From assembly GCA_012026655.1 (NCBI GenBank), contig JAAILG010001328.1, positions 1-64,000 on the forward strand: a stretch of 64,000 nucleotides of DNA, read 5' to 3'. This document shows, in pieces, positions 1-11,620 of the stretch. The notes under the pieces were generated by a model that did not search any database, had not been told where the DNA came from, and saw only the letters and a program-made list of their open reading frames with translations. The position numbers were made by a program, and so were the translations under genes. Position 1 is the stretch's first letter. Every line of letters starts with the position of its first letter. This DNA is from Hydrolagus affinis. Lineage: Eukaryota.

Positions 1-2029
1 GGGGAGGGAGGAGAAAGTGGATTGCAATTCGAGCATCTTTCACTGTTGCACATTTTTAACAGTTAGGTTTCCCAAATACAACTGCCATTTATTACCTCGC
101 CTTCCACGTAAAGTAATGTCTCAAAAGAGTTTGGGCATCTCCTATTAAGAGGAGCATATAGTACTATATATTACTATATATGCTCCTCTACTAAGGGGAG
201 GATAGTAATAGCGGGTTCCAAACACAGCTCTTTTGCCGAACTATAAGCATGTTAAATCCATCAAAACATAAATACACCATTCCCTTGAAATATACCTTGG
301 TTTTCTTTACAAAGGGGACAAAAGGTTCCACGTGGTATGTTTTTAAAATCATAATGTATTTCTACAAAGAAATGTTTCAAGCCCCCAGGAGGGAACCCAG
401 TCGACTAAAACCTTAGCTTGTCTAATAATGCCCTTGCTGTTTCAGAGTTTCAGGTTCTCAAACTCCTATTCGGGACGTATGTAGACTAGGAGGAAAAAAA
501 GATCTTGGCGGCAGGAGCTTTTTTTCGAGGTGTAATTTGTGATTTTGAAATTGGATTTGAAAAATACACCAGAAAGGAATTGTTCACCGTTCATACTGTC
601 GAGGATTGCCTGTGATCAGGCTGGCACCAAATTTGTAAATTTGTAGCTTGCTCTGTAAAGTGCAAATTGCATTTTTATTTAGTTTTGCCTGTAGGTAAAG
701 CGTATTGTGTTTGCACACGTGTCATTTTGCACTGCAACTGTTGCCCTTTATAATTAACCATAGTGGTCGGGTCAGTTGTATTTAAGTGAATATTTATGTT
801 ATGTGAGTAGAAATTGGGGGAAGCTCATTTTCTGTCTCAAGTCTGTTTTTTTTTAAAAAAACAAAAATGTTAAAAGGAATTTGTTTATTTCTTGTGTTTG
901 CATTATTAACCATCCCCCGTGAGCGTTTGGGATCCAAGTAAAAGCAACATTAAAAGATGACCACAAAGAACAATTTCTAGTTTTGTGAATGTGAGTTCCA
1001 TTTAAATGCACAACAGTTGCATCTCAACAATCAATCCTACATTTCCACATGGGCTTCTGTTGAGTAAATAAAGACAAACAGAGTGCTGGTCAATTTCACA
1101 GCCGGGTTATTTAACGCCTTATTTACTTTACTGTTGTGAATTTGCGTTTGATGGCCACTTGAATATACATGAATTTGCAATAAAATTACTTGTGTGAATG
1201 ACAAACTTATTGTGTGTTGTTTCACTTCGAAATGTGAACCCCTTTATGTGTATGGTGTCTGACACCATAGTTTTAATGATTTGAACTGCTGTAGTCAAAT
1301 ATGAATGGCGGAGATGGGGGGGGGGGGGGAATGACTGAAATGAAATGTATAAGAAACCCCAAGTCATGCTCTGCCTTAAGGGGAAAAAACAATTCTTGTA
1401 TTGAGCTGGTAATTTGATACCACACAGTGCATGAACTGAATCAGGGCAGAGGTGAGTGTAAACCCAGCAGGTCGCTTCAGTTCTGGTCAACTTGAATGTG
1501 ATTGCCTAGTATAAATGAACGTGTAAATATATATAACCCATGAGTGACAAATAACATCAAATTGCAACTCTAATAGTTAAGCTTACTCTACATTTACACC
1601 ACCGCTGGTCGCTCTTATAAACTTAATATAGTGTCTGCAGGCACAATGTGAGGCAATGTGTCTGCAGGCATGTGGAAGCCATCAAAGCTTTATCTGATGC
1701 CAGACCAGGTCTGTGATTAGGATACCACAACTTCAGTATCAAACAGTGCCATGAAACACATTCACACGACTAATTCACTACTTGGTCAATTTCCACATTC
1801 ACACTAGTTTGAGCTCTATTGTGTAAATAGACTAAGTCTACGTAAAAAAATTGATACGCACATGGTTTAATCTTGACTGCAAGACTGAACTACAGGATAA
1901 GCAAAATGCCTCTTTCTTGTTCTTTCTTTACAACAATATTACTTGCAATAAACTCACTCCCTTTCCCTTGTTCAAGGCCGTCTCAAAGCATGCATTTTTA
2001 ACAGTGATTTCGATCATCTTCAAAAAGCA

Positions 2030-2125
2030 GGAACGCTTGCCAGACAGGGCTATCACTGGCAGACTGTACTGTTTTAGTGGGTAAGACTCCAGCAGTACCC
2101 CCAGTGCACATGGCCATGAAGTCAG
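2030..2125 (+). repeat. Fragment of unclassified interspersed repeat (same family as 10470-11050)
   Basis: Shares ttttagtgggtaagactccagcagtacccc with 10782-10810 and 34910-34940. Confidence 0.55.
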
Positions 2126-2562
2126 TCAATTTGTGAAGTGTTGGGTACAGCGCTACAGCCTGGCCTGATACTATTTGATACCACCACCAGCTATCAAGGA
2201 ATGGGGTTTCCTTAAAACTTGCCCCCCCCCACCCCCTCCCCAATTATTGGGATATTAATAGCCTTTGGCAATAGTGCCACCCAGAAAAGCATCCCTCCTG
2301 GCCACTCTTGTAGACCCTGTTTGAAAGGGATGATGGGGTTTGTTGAGGGTAGGCAAGAGTAGCCCTCTGCTGTTTGGCACCAAAACGAGTTTGCCTGAGG
2401 AGTAGGAACTGACCTGTGCCCTTACACCACTAGTGTGTCACACACATTAGTTTGGTTAGTTGTGAAATAAATATCGGATTTGGTTTAAACAATGCCTGTG
2501 TCTGTCAGGGACTAGTTGGGTTGAATGGCTTGTATTGCTGCTATCATGCTATGAAATGCTTT

Positions 2563-2888
2563 TAATAATAATAATCCTTGCATTTGATATAGCGCTTTTC
2601 ACATCTTATCGACGTCCAAAGTGCTTCACAGAATATAGTGTAAAGTGAATTGACTGTATATTTGTGGGTGAATCGCGGCAGCCAATTGCGCACAGCAGTG
2701 TCCCACAAACAGTTGTGGATTGAAATTACCAATTTTTTTTTGGATGGATTATTATTAGGCGTGTGGAGGAAGGAAACTTGCCCAAGGTTTCGTCCTGACC
2801 TGCCTGGATTCGAACACAGGTCTCCCCGGCTTGGTCTCCCCAGCTTGCAAGACAAGTGCTCTAACCACTAAGCCACAGGAGCTCCACA
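2563..2888 (-). mobile_element. Full-length young tRNA-derived SINE (tRNA head + Deu domain + L2-like tail; SINE2-1_CM/EshSINE-like)
   Basis: Minus strand reads tgtggagctcctgtggcttagtggttagagcac (A box)...gttcgaatcc (B box)...tgtgggacactgctgtgcgcaattggctgcc (Deu domain)...aagcgctatatcaaatgcaagga(tta)n; many similar copies in the window. Confidence 0.9.
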
Positions 2889-3730
2889 TTGTGCTGCATA
2901 TTTAAGGAATAACTGGATTCATCTCTTCAACAATGAAAAGATCTTAAATAAATCTTACTTAGTCCTTGACTGTTTGAGGTATTTGATGAGTCAGATATTA
3001 GCTACTAGACATTGTCTGATAACCTGTAGCCATCGGACTAGTATTCACAGTTTATCCTGGCAACTGGTGGAAACCTGCAGATCTTTCAGTTTCCTAGTAA
3101 CTTTCCGCAACTGATAGAAGATTGAGGATATCCTGAATGGTTAACGTGGATAACTTGGTTAACGTGTCTGCAGGTGATGATTAAATGGAGATTGAATATC
3201 AGTTCAGCTCCAGCTAAATTAATGTTCAGTGACTTAACACACTTTGTAGAAATGCTGAAAATAATTACATATGATCTTTTTGTTTCTAATTATAAAATAC
3301 ATACTTAAAAACGTGTGTGTATTGGAAAAAGATTTTTTTTGTGGTAAGAAATTTGTATTAGTTACTAAACCTGAAAAGAATTACCAGTGAAGCATTTTAG
3401 GACATTTTGATGTGATTAAAAAACACACCTTTCTTTGAATTAAAAAATATTAGATAAAATAAAGATTTTGTTTAGATAATTTACTGGTAGTTCAATTACA
3501 GACCAGAGTGATAATATAAAAGGCTCCTTTCCTTTCCCCAAGAAGACAATGACAAGAGATATTAGAAGGCGAAATTGAACGCTGGTCCAATAAGGGGAGC
3601 AGCAATAGGAATGAGCCAAAAGGAATGAGCTTGAGGGACATTTTCAGGGCAATGTGCCAGAGAGACTGCATTAATAATCCTTGTTCCCTCACTATTAGTC
3701 TTTAAAAGCCTCTCCCTCCCAACATGCCCC

Positions 3731-3936
3731 AGTTCTGGTGAAGGGTCATTGACCCAAAAGTTTGACTTTCTCCATAGATGCTGCTTGACCTGCTGAGTGT
3801 TCCAACCGATTTCTGTTTATGCTTTTAATAATGCTTTATTTGATATATTATTTCCTTATCATCTTTCATAAGATTTCCTTTCTCCATAGATGCTGCTTGA
3901 TCTGCTGAGTGTTCCAAGTGATTTCTGTTTATGCTT
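3731..3936 (+). mobile_element. Penelope-like terminal fragment with degenerate hammerhead core, partly duplicated in tandem
   Basis: ctggtga-a-gggtc-att-gaccc-aaaa followed by tctccatagatgctgcttgacctgctgagtgttcc; the latter block is repeated 112 bp downstream. Confidence 0.6.
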
Positions 3937-4245
3937 TTAATAATCCTTTATTTGATATAGCCCCTTATCATGTTGTTGAGACATCTCAAGTCACTTCATA
4001 AAGTTTGGTTTAAATTTTAAAAATTATTGGCCAGGACATTGGGAGAAACCTCCCTTCTTGATTAATGCCAGGAGATCTTTAATGTTCACTTGCATAGGTA
4101 GACAGGACTTTGGTTCAACATCTCACCCAAAGGCCAGCACCTCCAACAATGTAGTCCCCTCCCCCGCCCCACTCCCACACACAAGCATTGCATCAAGCAA
4201 CAACTTAGACTGTGAGTTCAAAGTCCCAGTGTGAGGCTTGAATAG
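3937..4245 (-). mobile_element. Older Deu-domain SINE (SacSINE1-like) with L2-type tail
   Basis: Tail taataatcctttatttgatatagc, then ggccaggacattgggagaaacc...gatctttaatgttcac...aacatctcacccaaagg, typical reverse complement of a Deu-SINE body. Confidence 0.7.
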
Positions 4246-4489
4246 TCTGGCTGTTCAATACCTGATCTACTCGTCTTAATTGATTTCTGGGAATGCAAAG
4301 TGGATCAGCATGGACTTGTGCCAGATATTCGGGAGGTCTGTTGTTAAACTTATGATATGACATTCTTTATTTTAAGCTAATAGTGTCATAATTTAAATTA
4401 CTTTACTGTTTTGGTAAATAATTGGACGCCAATGTAAATAAATGATGGTTTATTTGATGCATTTTGACTGTCTGAAACAGTGACTGTTT

Positions 4490-4550
4490 AGCACCTTGGG
4501 ACGTCCTCCTGGCGTGAAAGGTGCTATATAAGTGTAATTTTGTTGTTGTC
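4490..4550 (+). mobile_element. Short L2-type 3' tail ending in (TTG)n
   Basis: gcaccttgggacgtcctcctggcgtgaaaggtgctatataagtgtaattttgttgttgt; matches 21961-22025 and 52360-52420. Confidence 0.7.
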
Positions 4551-4737
4551 ACCACAATAAGAATTCTATAAAGATTTGAATGTATATATTATTTATTTGC
4601 CTATCAAATCACTTGCATATAAATAAACTTGTATTTCTGTGGCACCTTACCCTGAAAGTGTGTTGCAGTAATCACTACAAAGTGTTGTGACTATTTTTAT
4701 GGGTTCCCATATGCAAACGAGCAATCACCCACAAAGA

Positions 4738-4920
4738 TAATAATACTAATCCTTGCATTTGATGTAGCACTTTTCATGTCTTCTAAATGTCTCAAAGTGC
4801 TTGACAGAATATACTGTAAAGTGAATTGACTATATTTGTGGGTGAAATGCGGCAGTCAATTATGCACAGGAGTGTCCCACAAACATTCTGGGATTGAAGT
4901 GACCAATTTATTATTGTTTC
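4738..4920 (-). mobile_element. Young SINE, 3' half
   Basis: taatccttgcatttgatgtagcacttttca...gtgtcccacaaac...gaccaattt, matches family. Confidence 0.85.
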
Positions 4921-6974
4921 AAACATGTGGAGTGCAGAGAAAGGGAAAGATGTACACACATACACAGCAATACTGTAGCCCACATTCCTTCTTGGCTTCT
5001 TTAAAATGTTCTGTTGTCCAGCACTCTGTTCATGTCTTTTAACACGCCCACATACGTAAGAAGGTAAACCAAATAAATTTTAGTATCACATCTTTAAAAC
5101 ACTCAGATATATAAAGGCAAACCATATCAGCTGTAAGAACCAGCTAAATCTAAATGCAGAGTGAGATTACTTACATTTCATCTAATCCATACACAGGATC
5201 CTGAATTTACAGCAGCATACCAGATAGTGAATCTATTGTACAGAATCTGTGTGTTATTAGATTTATGATTGAACGGGTACCAAGTACTGAATGACCCACT
5301 ATCACTCTGACAATATAACCTTGTAATACTCTACTATTAATATTGTGATTTATTTCACTAAATGAGGCTTGTATGTGCATTCCCCAGTGCCACTCCAGAC
5401 TGATCTGAGGTAGATCTGAAGGTCAGGAATTTACAACTTCCATAAAAAAAGTCAATAAGTACAATCCTGGGGTTCAGATAACATACATTGCTTTGATCTC
5501 CTACTTTATGATATCTTCACACCCACCAATTGGGCTATAGCCTTGTAACACCCCTACCTATGTATTGTTCTCTACATAAAGCTGCTTTTATGAACTGAAC
5601 TGAGAAAAGTTGAAGTGCATAAGCCTCAACAAAGTGCATTCCTTCAACATGTTCTGCTCAGTGTGTGCTGGGGATCCGAGGTACTTTTAATCACTTCAAA
5701 CCAAGTTAAATCGAATCCGCATACTCTTTTTATCTCCATTTGAAGTAGAAAGTGTAATGTTTAGTGAAGGACTGTTGTGTGTGGTAGTTCTAACCTCAGC
5801 AATTCCAGACCTATTTGCAATCTTTCCTGAAATGATGCTTTCCACCAATTAAAACTCCGCGTTGCACATTGGAATAATGTTAATTTAAAGTTGATGCCAT
5901 TTAGGATAAAATGCCATATTAGCTTCTAACATTAGACCATCACTGTAGAGCTGTTAGTACAGTTGTCGTATCCGAAACAAGCTTTCCATTAGCTATCCCA
6001 CTCTATGTACTACTGTCTCTTTTATATGCTGCACTAATGAGTCAAACAATAGAAGTAAACAACGCTAGTTTATAATGCCACATTCATGTTACGGCAGTGC
6101 TCGTTCTGTCCCGACCTCTCTCACACATGTATGTTGTGACTGTATTATCATTCTAAGATGACTGCATACAGCAGCAAATGCCATATTATATGCCACTACA
6201 TAAACTGTTGCATACACTTTTAGGAGACAAGAGTATTGGGGGAAAGAAGCTATCAGAAATCCCTGTTGTAAAGTGTGCATGTGTGGATATTATATAATCA
6301 TCAATAAAATTGGTTATTTACTTCATGACTGTGTGAAAGTAGCTGTTACTTTGGTTTCCAAATACACAGTCACTTCACAGTAAAATCCTGTGAAACACTT
6401 TGTGACATCTCAATGAGGCTCTATGAAGCTCTATACCAAATGCAATGAATATGTAAAGTTTATCATAATTCTTTAAACTGTTAAATCCCAACAGCCCTCC
6501 TGGGATTTCCAAGCCTTAGATCTTGCCAGTCTAATGCTTTCCAGGATTGGGTGAGCAGGGCGTGTGCCTCCGGAACTTAATCCTTAATACAGAAAACTCC
6601 AGATAAATCCTCACTCCAAGGGAAAAAGGCTCAGTGACAAGTTATCCAGAGTGCTAAATTAGGCATATGTCCTCCCAGAGCACTGTGGCATGCGCGCCTA
6701 ACCCCCTTCAAGCATCCACATCAGTCACAGGATACATTGAGAGGTTTCTGTAACACAAGACACTATCTTATAGGACGAGTTATCCAATCAATTTTGCATT
6801 GTAAGTACATACACAAATTTCTAGAGTGTGATTAGTTACCTGTTAAGCAGAATGACAAGTAAAGCAGGGTTCCTTATTGATATTTTGCACAGGAAGCAGT
6901 AGGGATATAAATTGACAGCATGGCTAGTTAAGTGGTAGTGACAAGTTAAGCAATGGTTGACTTATCTGGTGTAT

Positions 6975-7210
6975 AATAATAATGATTTCATTTGATATTG
7001 TGCCCCTCATACCTTTGAAAATGTTTCAAAGTGCTTCATAGGATTCACTGTGAAGTGTTTTGTAGGTGAACATGGACACATAACGTCTCACACAATGTCT
7101 GGGAATTCCTTCCAGAAACTCCCATATCTTTTCGAAGAGTGCCATGAGATCGTTAACGTCCACCTGAACAGGCAGATGGAATCTCGTTTAAAGGTTCACC
7201 CACAAAAAAT
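6975..7210 (-). mobile_element. Older Deu-domain SINE fragment
   Basis: ataataataatgatttcatttgatat...aaagtgcttcatagg...gtgccatgagatcgttaacgtccacctgaacaggcaga. Confidence 0.7.
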
Positions 7211-8587
7211 AGAGGCTTCGGCAAAGCTATTCAAGGTTTGTTGGTGCTTGTTTACCACATCTCAGTACAAGGGAATAAAGTAGTTACACAACAACAACAA
7301 AAACAATGTGCATTTATATAGTGCTCCTCATGTAGGGTAGGGTTTCAGAGCACTTGAAGGAAGGAAGAGCAAAATTAATGGAGTAAGTTAGTTAAAAAAA
7401 TTAAGAATCCCCAAATAAATGTAACACTTTATATCTAATCAGATATACAGTACATACTTTTACATTCGGAGAGCAAACATTAATTGACAGGTCAGTTTTG
7501 CTTCTGGAAATAAAAAAAATATCGCTAATAAAGGGCTGAAAGATCAAACATTCGCTATTAAATGATATATAGTTACTCTGTAAACACCACACCATGTTTG
7601 AAACCAATTCTAACTTGGGCAACATAAGGAATTGTTGTTGCAACACATGTTGTTTTAATTATCAGATTCTGTCTGATTAGAATTTAAAATAAATGTTGCC
7701 ATTTGGACAGCCTTTAAACGGCCAGTGTAGAGGCAACTGGATGAGCATGCTTGGATCAATCCCCTTTGGATATTCAAAAGACCCATTTAGCAGGCAAAGA
7801 GGATGAAGTCTGGACTGATGTGATTATAATTAGCTTGAACCAGTTCCAACATTTGTTGTCATTTCCATATTAGCTTGCTACCGTACACTCTCAAGACACA
7901 CAGTACAGAAGGTATTGTAGTACATTTAATGCTCTTTGGTGATGTGCACTTGGAATAGTAAATCCCATTAACAGTGCACTGTGCATACTGCGTTCAACCA
8001 AATTATACTCTCTGAGCATAACTCCCCCAGTAACACATTTATGATACATAACAAAACTATGGGTTAAATGAATTCAATTAGATTTCATTTACCATTCAAA
8101 TGGACATCTCTCATGTTTATAAAAGGGGAAACACTATCAGGAAAGTGAGACTTGTTAACATTCCAAACCTTTGAACAAAAACTGTACGATTTTAGTCAAA
8201 TATTATGCCTATATACTTATTAATGTACAATTACAATTAAAACAATTTCAAACAGAGCGAAATGTAGTCGTGCTTGTGGTTATCCAGCTATAGAAGAAAT
8301 AAGTGAACTCAGAGCAAAGAAATAGTGTAATTCTCACTATAGAACAACAGAGATTAGAAACCTTAAAAAAAAGATGGATAACATTCCTGTAAAATATTTG
8401 GAGACATGTCTTAGACGAGAAAGCAATGTAACAAATATTTCCGCAGGTAAGGGTGACTATAATGCACTCCTGATCTTTCTGGCTAGGCTCACAATCACCA
8501 TAACGCTGTGTTTATCATATCACACTAGTTCCCGTGACATTCTATTTATAACAATTATGGCATGTTTTCATCTTTAAAAAAGTAAGA

Positions 8588-8690
8588 AACTAGCTGAGTC
8601 AAGCAGATCAGAACAGTCTCGGGTTTGAACCATTGCCTGCATGAGTTAACTGATCTCAGTTTGGGTGGGATTCGTTTGTCCAAGTGCAGT
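8588..8690 (+). mobile_element. LF-SINE-like 5' fragment
   Basis: ctgagtcaagcagatcagaacagtctcgggtttgaacc...tgagttaactgatctcag resembles the LF-SINE head as recalled. Confidence 0.4.
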
Positions 8691-8890
8691 TACCTAAATT
8701 AATGGATGTTTTTTGTAGTGACCAACAATAACTTGAATTTATATAGTACCCTTCATGCAAGGTGGTGTCTCAGAGGGTTTGATGGCTGTTAATATGTGCA
8801 TAATAATTCAGAGCAATTCTCCCCAATCTGTTTCACAATATTGGTGAAATTGGTCTTTAAAGTGCTCTGAGATGCCGTTACTACAACAAC

Positions 8891-8966
8891 AATGTACAAT
8901 TACGATTAAAACAGTTACAAACAGAGCAAAATGTAGTCATGCTTGTGGTTATCCAGCTATAGAAGA
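8891..8966 (+). repeat. 76-bp direct copy of 8222-8297 inserted in an L2-type tail
   Basis: 71/76 identical by eye; flanked by acaacaac and ttacacttgtatagtgcc, the two halves of a minus-strand L2 tail. Confidence 0.9.
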
Positions 8967-9376
8967 TTACACTTGTATAGTGCCTTTTACATCAGGAGGA
9001 TGTCCAAAGGCACTGGACAGTTACTGTGTCTGATTTCTCAGTCAGTAATATATTTATTAGGTATCCCTTGGCAGTGTGCAGGTTTTTTTTCATTCTCTCT
9101 TGGTGGATAATATTTCTATCTCACATCAGCCCAACACTTGATGCAATTGAATCAGATGAAGCAATGAAAGTTTTAAAGGCAGATTTGCAGCTGGTGACAG
9201 CAAGAAACTGATGCATTGAATTTATGACTGGAATAGAGTTTAAATCATCTTTGCTCTGTTGTTCTTCAGTTAAACATGCCATTATTTATTAATTAATCCA
9301 AATGATGAAAGCTAATCAAATAAAAAGCTTTGCAGTTGTTGGCATTATTGTATTCATTTCCAACTCACTTGTGCAG

Positions 9377-9640
9377 TGTGGTTAACCAGCTAAAACCACG
9401 TAACTTGCCATTGTGAACACTGTCAGGCAAGCCCCTCCACTGCTTGTCCAGCTAAGACCATAGTGCTCCTTATGACCTTGTCTTGCAGGGTTAACAAGAG
9501 CTGAATGGGAATAATCCCTGCTCCCGGTGAGTGATCTGCCACTCCAAGTCTTGTCCATGAGTCAACATAGCTGGTCTGTCATCAGCAGTACCCTACAGTA
9601 CTACCAACCTGACTGGCTCAGAGGATTGACTTGATTCCAT
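9377..9640 (-). repeat. Unclassified interspersed repeat, inverted copy of ~10540-10795
   Basis: Reverse complement contains gctggacaagcagtgg, ctcttgttaaccctgcaagacaagg and ttttagctggttaacc, collinear with the 10.6-10.8 kb copy. Confidence 0.75.
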
Positions 9641-10469
9641 TGTTCTGTTGTGAAATACGTCACCTTGGAGCCAGTTCACATCAAAAGAGACTTTGCTTAT
9701 CTTCAGTATCCCTTCCATTAGGAGAAGTAGGCACAGGTATTTTTGGGGAGGGGTGAGAAATTGTTTGGGGTTTGCATTACATGATAACTAATCTGGTGTT
9801 GCAATTGGAATCATCCCTAATAATCACCCTGAATAATTGGAGTATAAGAATGCTATTATTCGTCTGAGGGACAGTGGTTCTGTTTTACATTACATCGTCT
9901 GGCTCACGGTCTCTGTTACTTCTAAAACCAAACAAATGATTCATTTATTTTTCTTCCAAGTACTGCATTCAGTGAGATAGCTACAAGCCAACTTGCTGAG
10001 CAATTGGATGACTTAACATGTGTCATCACTTTGGGTGCTAAGCCAGCAGCAATCCTTCAGCTAAAGCAATCACTCTGCTTCTACTCCTCTTCCAACCAGC
10101 CCCCATCTGCCCCATCACTACTCTAGTTTGGTTATTGACAACTGATGTCTGCACTATCTGAACAAAACATACAGTTGCTTCACCGATGACGCTAGTCATA
10201 CTGTATTTCCAGCTCTGATACCTTAGTAATAACAACCTCTTAGCTGGGACAATGCTTGAGAGCAACTGTTTGCTGAATTTTGGACTTGTATAGTCTTTTG
10301 AAAGGGGTGGGAGAGGTTGGGGGGAGGTAAACAGGGTCTCCAATGAGGGAATGACCAACTAGTGATTACTATATTATCCTTGGGTAGGGGTGAGTGTGTG
10401 TGGGGGGAGTGAAGTGGGGGGAGTGGGCATAGGTGGGGTGGGGGGGTAGGTAAATGGGGTCTCTTTGGA

Positions 10470-11050
10470 GCTGAACTAGCTCCACGGTAACATGTTTGGC
10501 AACAGAATGTCAAAATTGAGCCAGCCCTCTGTGGCAGTCTCGGAAGTCCGGTTCCTGAGCTGGGTGGGTCTGCAGTTCTCCAGTTTACCACTAATGACAG
10601 CACAGCCAACCTGGCTCATTGACAGAATCTGGAAGGGCAGACCAGTCACTGGTGGCAGGACATCATTCCACTCAGTTCTTGTTAAGCCTGCAAGCCAAAG
10701 CCCTAATGAGTAGGGTGGTCCTTGCTGGACAAGCAGCGGGAAAATTTACCTGAGAGCAATAGCAATGGCAAGCAATGTGTTGTTAGCTGGTTAGATTCCA
10801 GCAGTACCCCAATATACACTCGGGAGTCCTTATGTCAGGGCTCTTGCCAAACTTTACCTAATAATTTCCAGCATTAGGTAAGCAGGATGTATTGCTCCAG
10901 GGAGAAAGTGTGCATCCGATTCCGACAATCTATCTCTGGGATTTCCATGTGTAAGTGAGATGCATGGAAATCTGAGTTTGGTTTCGATACACTTAAGCAA
11001 GGTAATGGGTTTCTGCATGTGTCAGACACCCGGCTGACCAAAAAAAACTC
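10470..11050 (+). repeat. Unclassified hairpin-rich interspersed repeat (longest copy, possibly an ancient SINE)
   Basis: Collinear homology with 9377-9640 (inverted), 34890-35175 and 2030-2125; internal inverted repeats. Confidence 0.75.
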
Positions 11051-11194
11051 TTGAAGGAATGTGAATTTTCTGCACTCTTTCCTATATTTATTTTGATATG
11101 AAGCCAGAATAGTGTCAGCTGCACACTGATGGCAGGAGAATGGAGGTGTTAAAACAAACTGTGGTGACATCCCCAGACCTGCTGCTACCAGTGG

Positions 11195-11362
11195 ATTTCA
11201 GAGTACGACTGTTTGTGGGACACTGCTGTGCGCAATTGCCTCCACGTTTCGCCCACAAAATGTACAGTCAATTCATTTTATGAATTGTGTATTCTATGAA
11301 GCACTTTGAGACGTCTTGAAGATGTGATAAAGTGCTACATCAAATGCAAGATTATTATTATA
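11195..11362 (+). mobile_element. Young SINE, 3' half
   Basis: tgtttgtgggacactgctgtgcgcaattg...caaatgcaagattattatta. Confidence 0.85.
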
Positions 11363-11389
11363 ATTACTTCAACAATAAAGCAGCCGGTA

Positions 11390-11620
11390 TAATAATAATT
11401 CTTGCTTTTGATATAATGCCTTATCATGCCATTGAAGCATCTCAAAGGGCTTCACAGGATATATTGTAAAGTGGATTCGCTGTATTTTTGGGGTAAAACA
11501 CAGCAGTCAGTTTACACATAGCAATGTCCCACAAAAAGCCGTGACCAATTTTATTTGGGGGATTTGTTGGCCAGGACAACAGAGAAACTCCCTTCTTTTT
11601 TCAAATAATGCCATGGGATC
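11390..11620 (-). mobile_element. Deu-domain SINE 3' part, tail-to-tail with the previous copy
   Basis: taataataattcttgcttttgatata...gcaatgtcccacaaa...ggccaggacaacagagaaactcc...gccatgggatc. Confidence 0.75.

Noticed and set aside
1251-1269. Palindrome tatggtgtc-t-gacaccata; also ttcccttcac/gtgaagggaa at 35886-35915
   Set aside because: Arms of 9-10 bp, too short for pre-miRNA and plausible by chance; no known mature miRNA recognised
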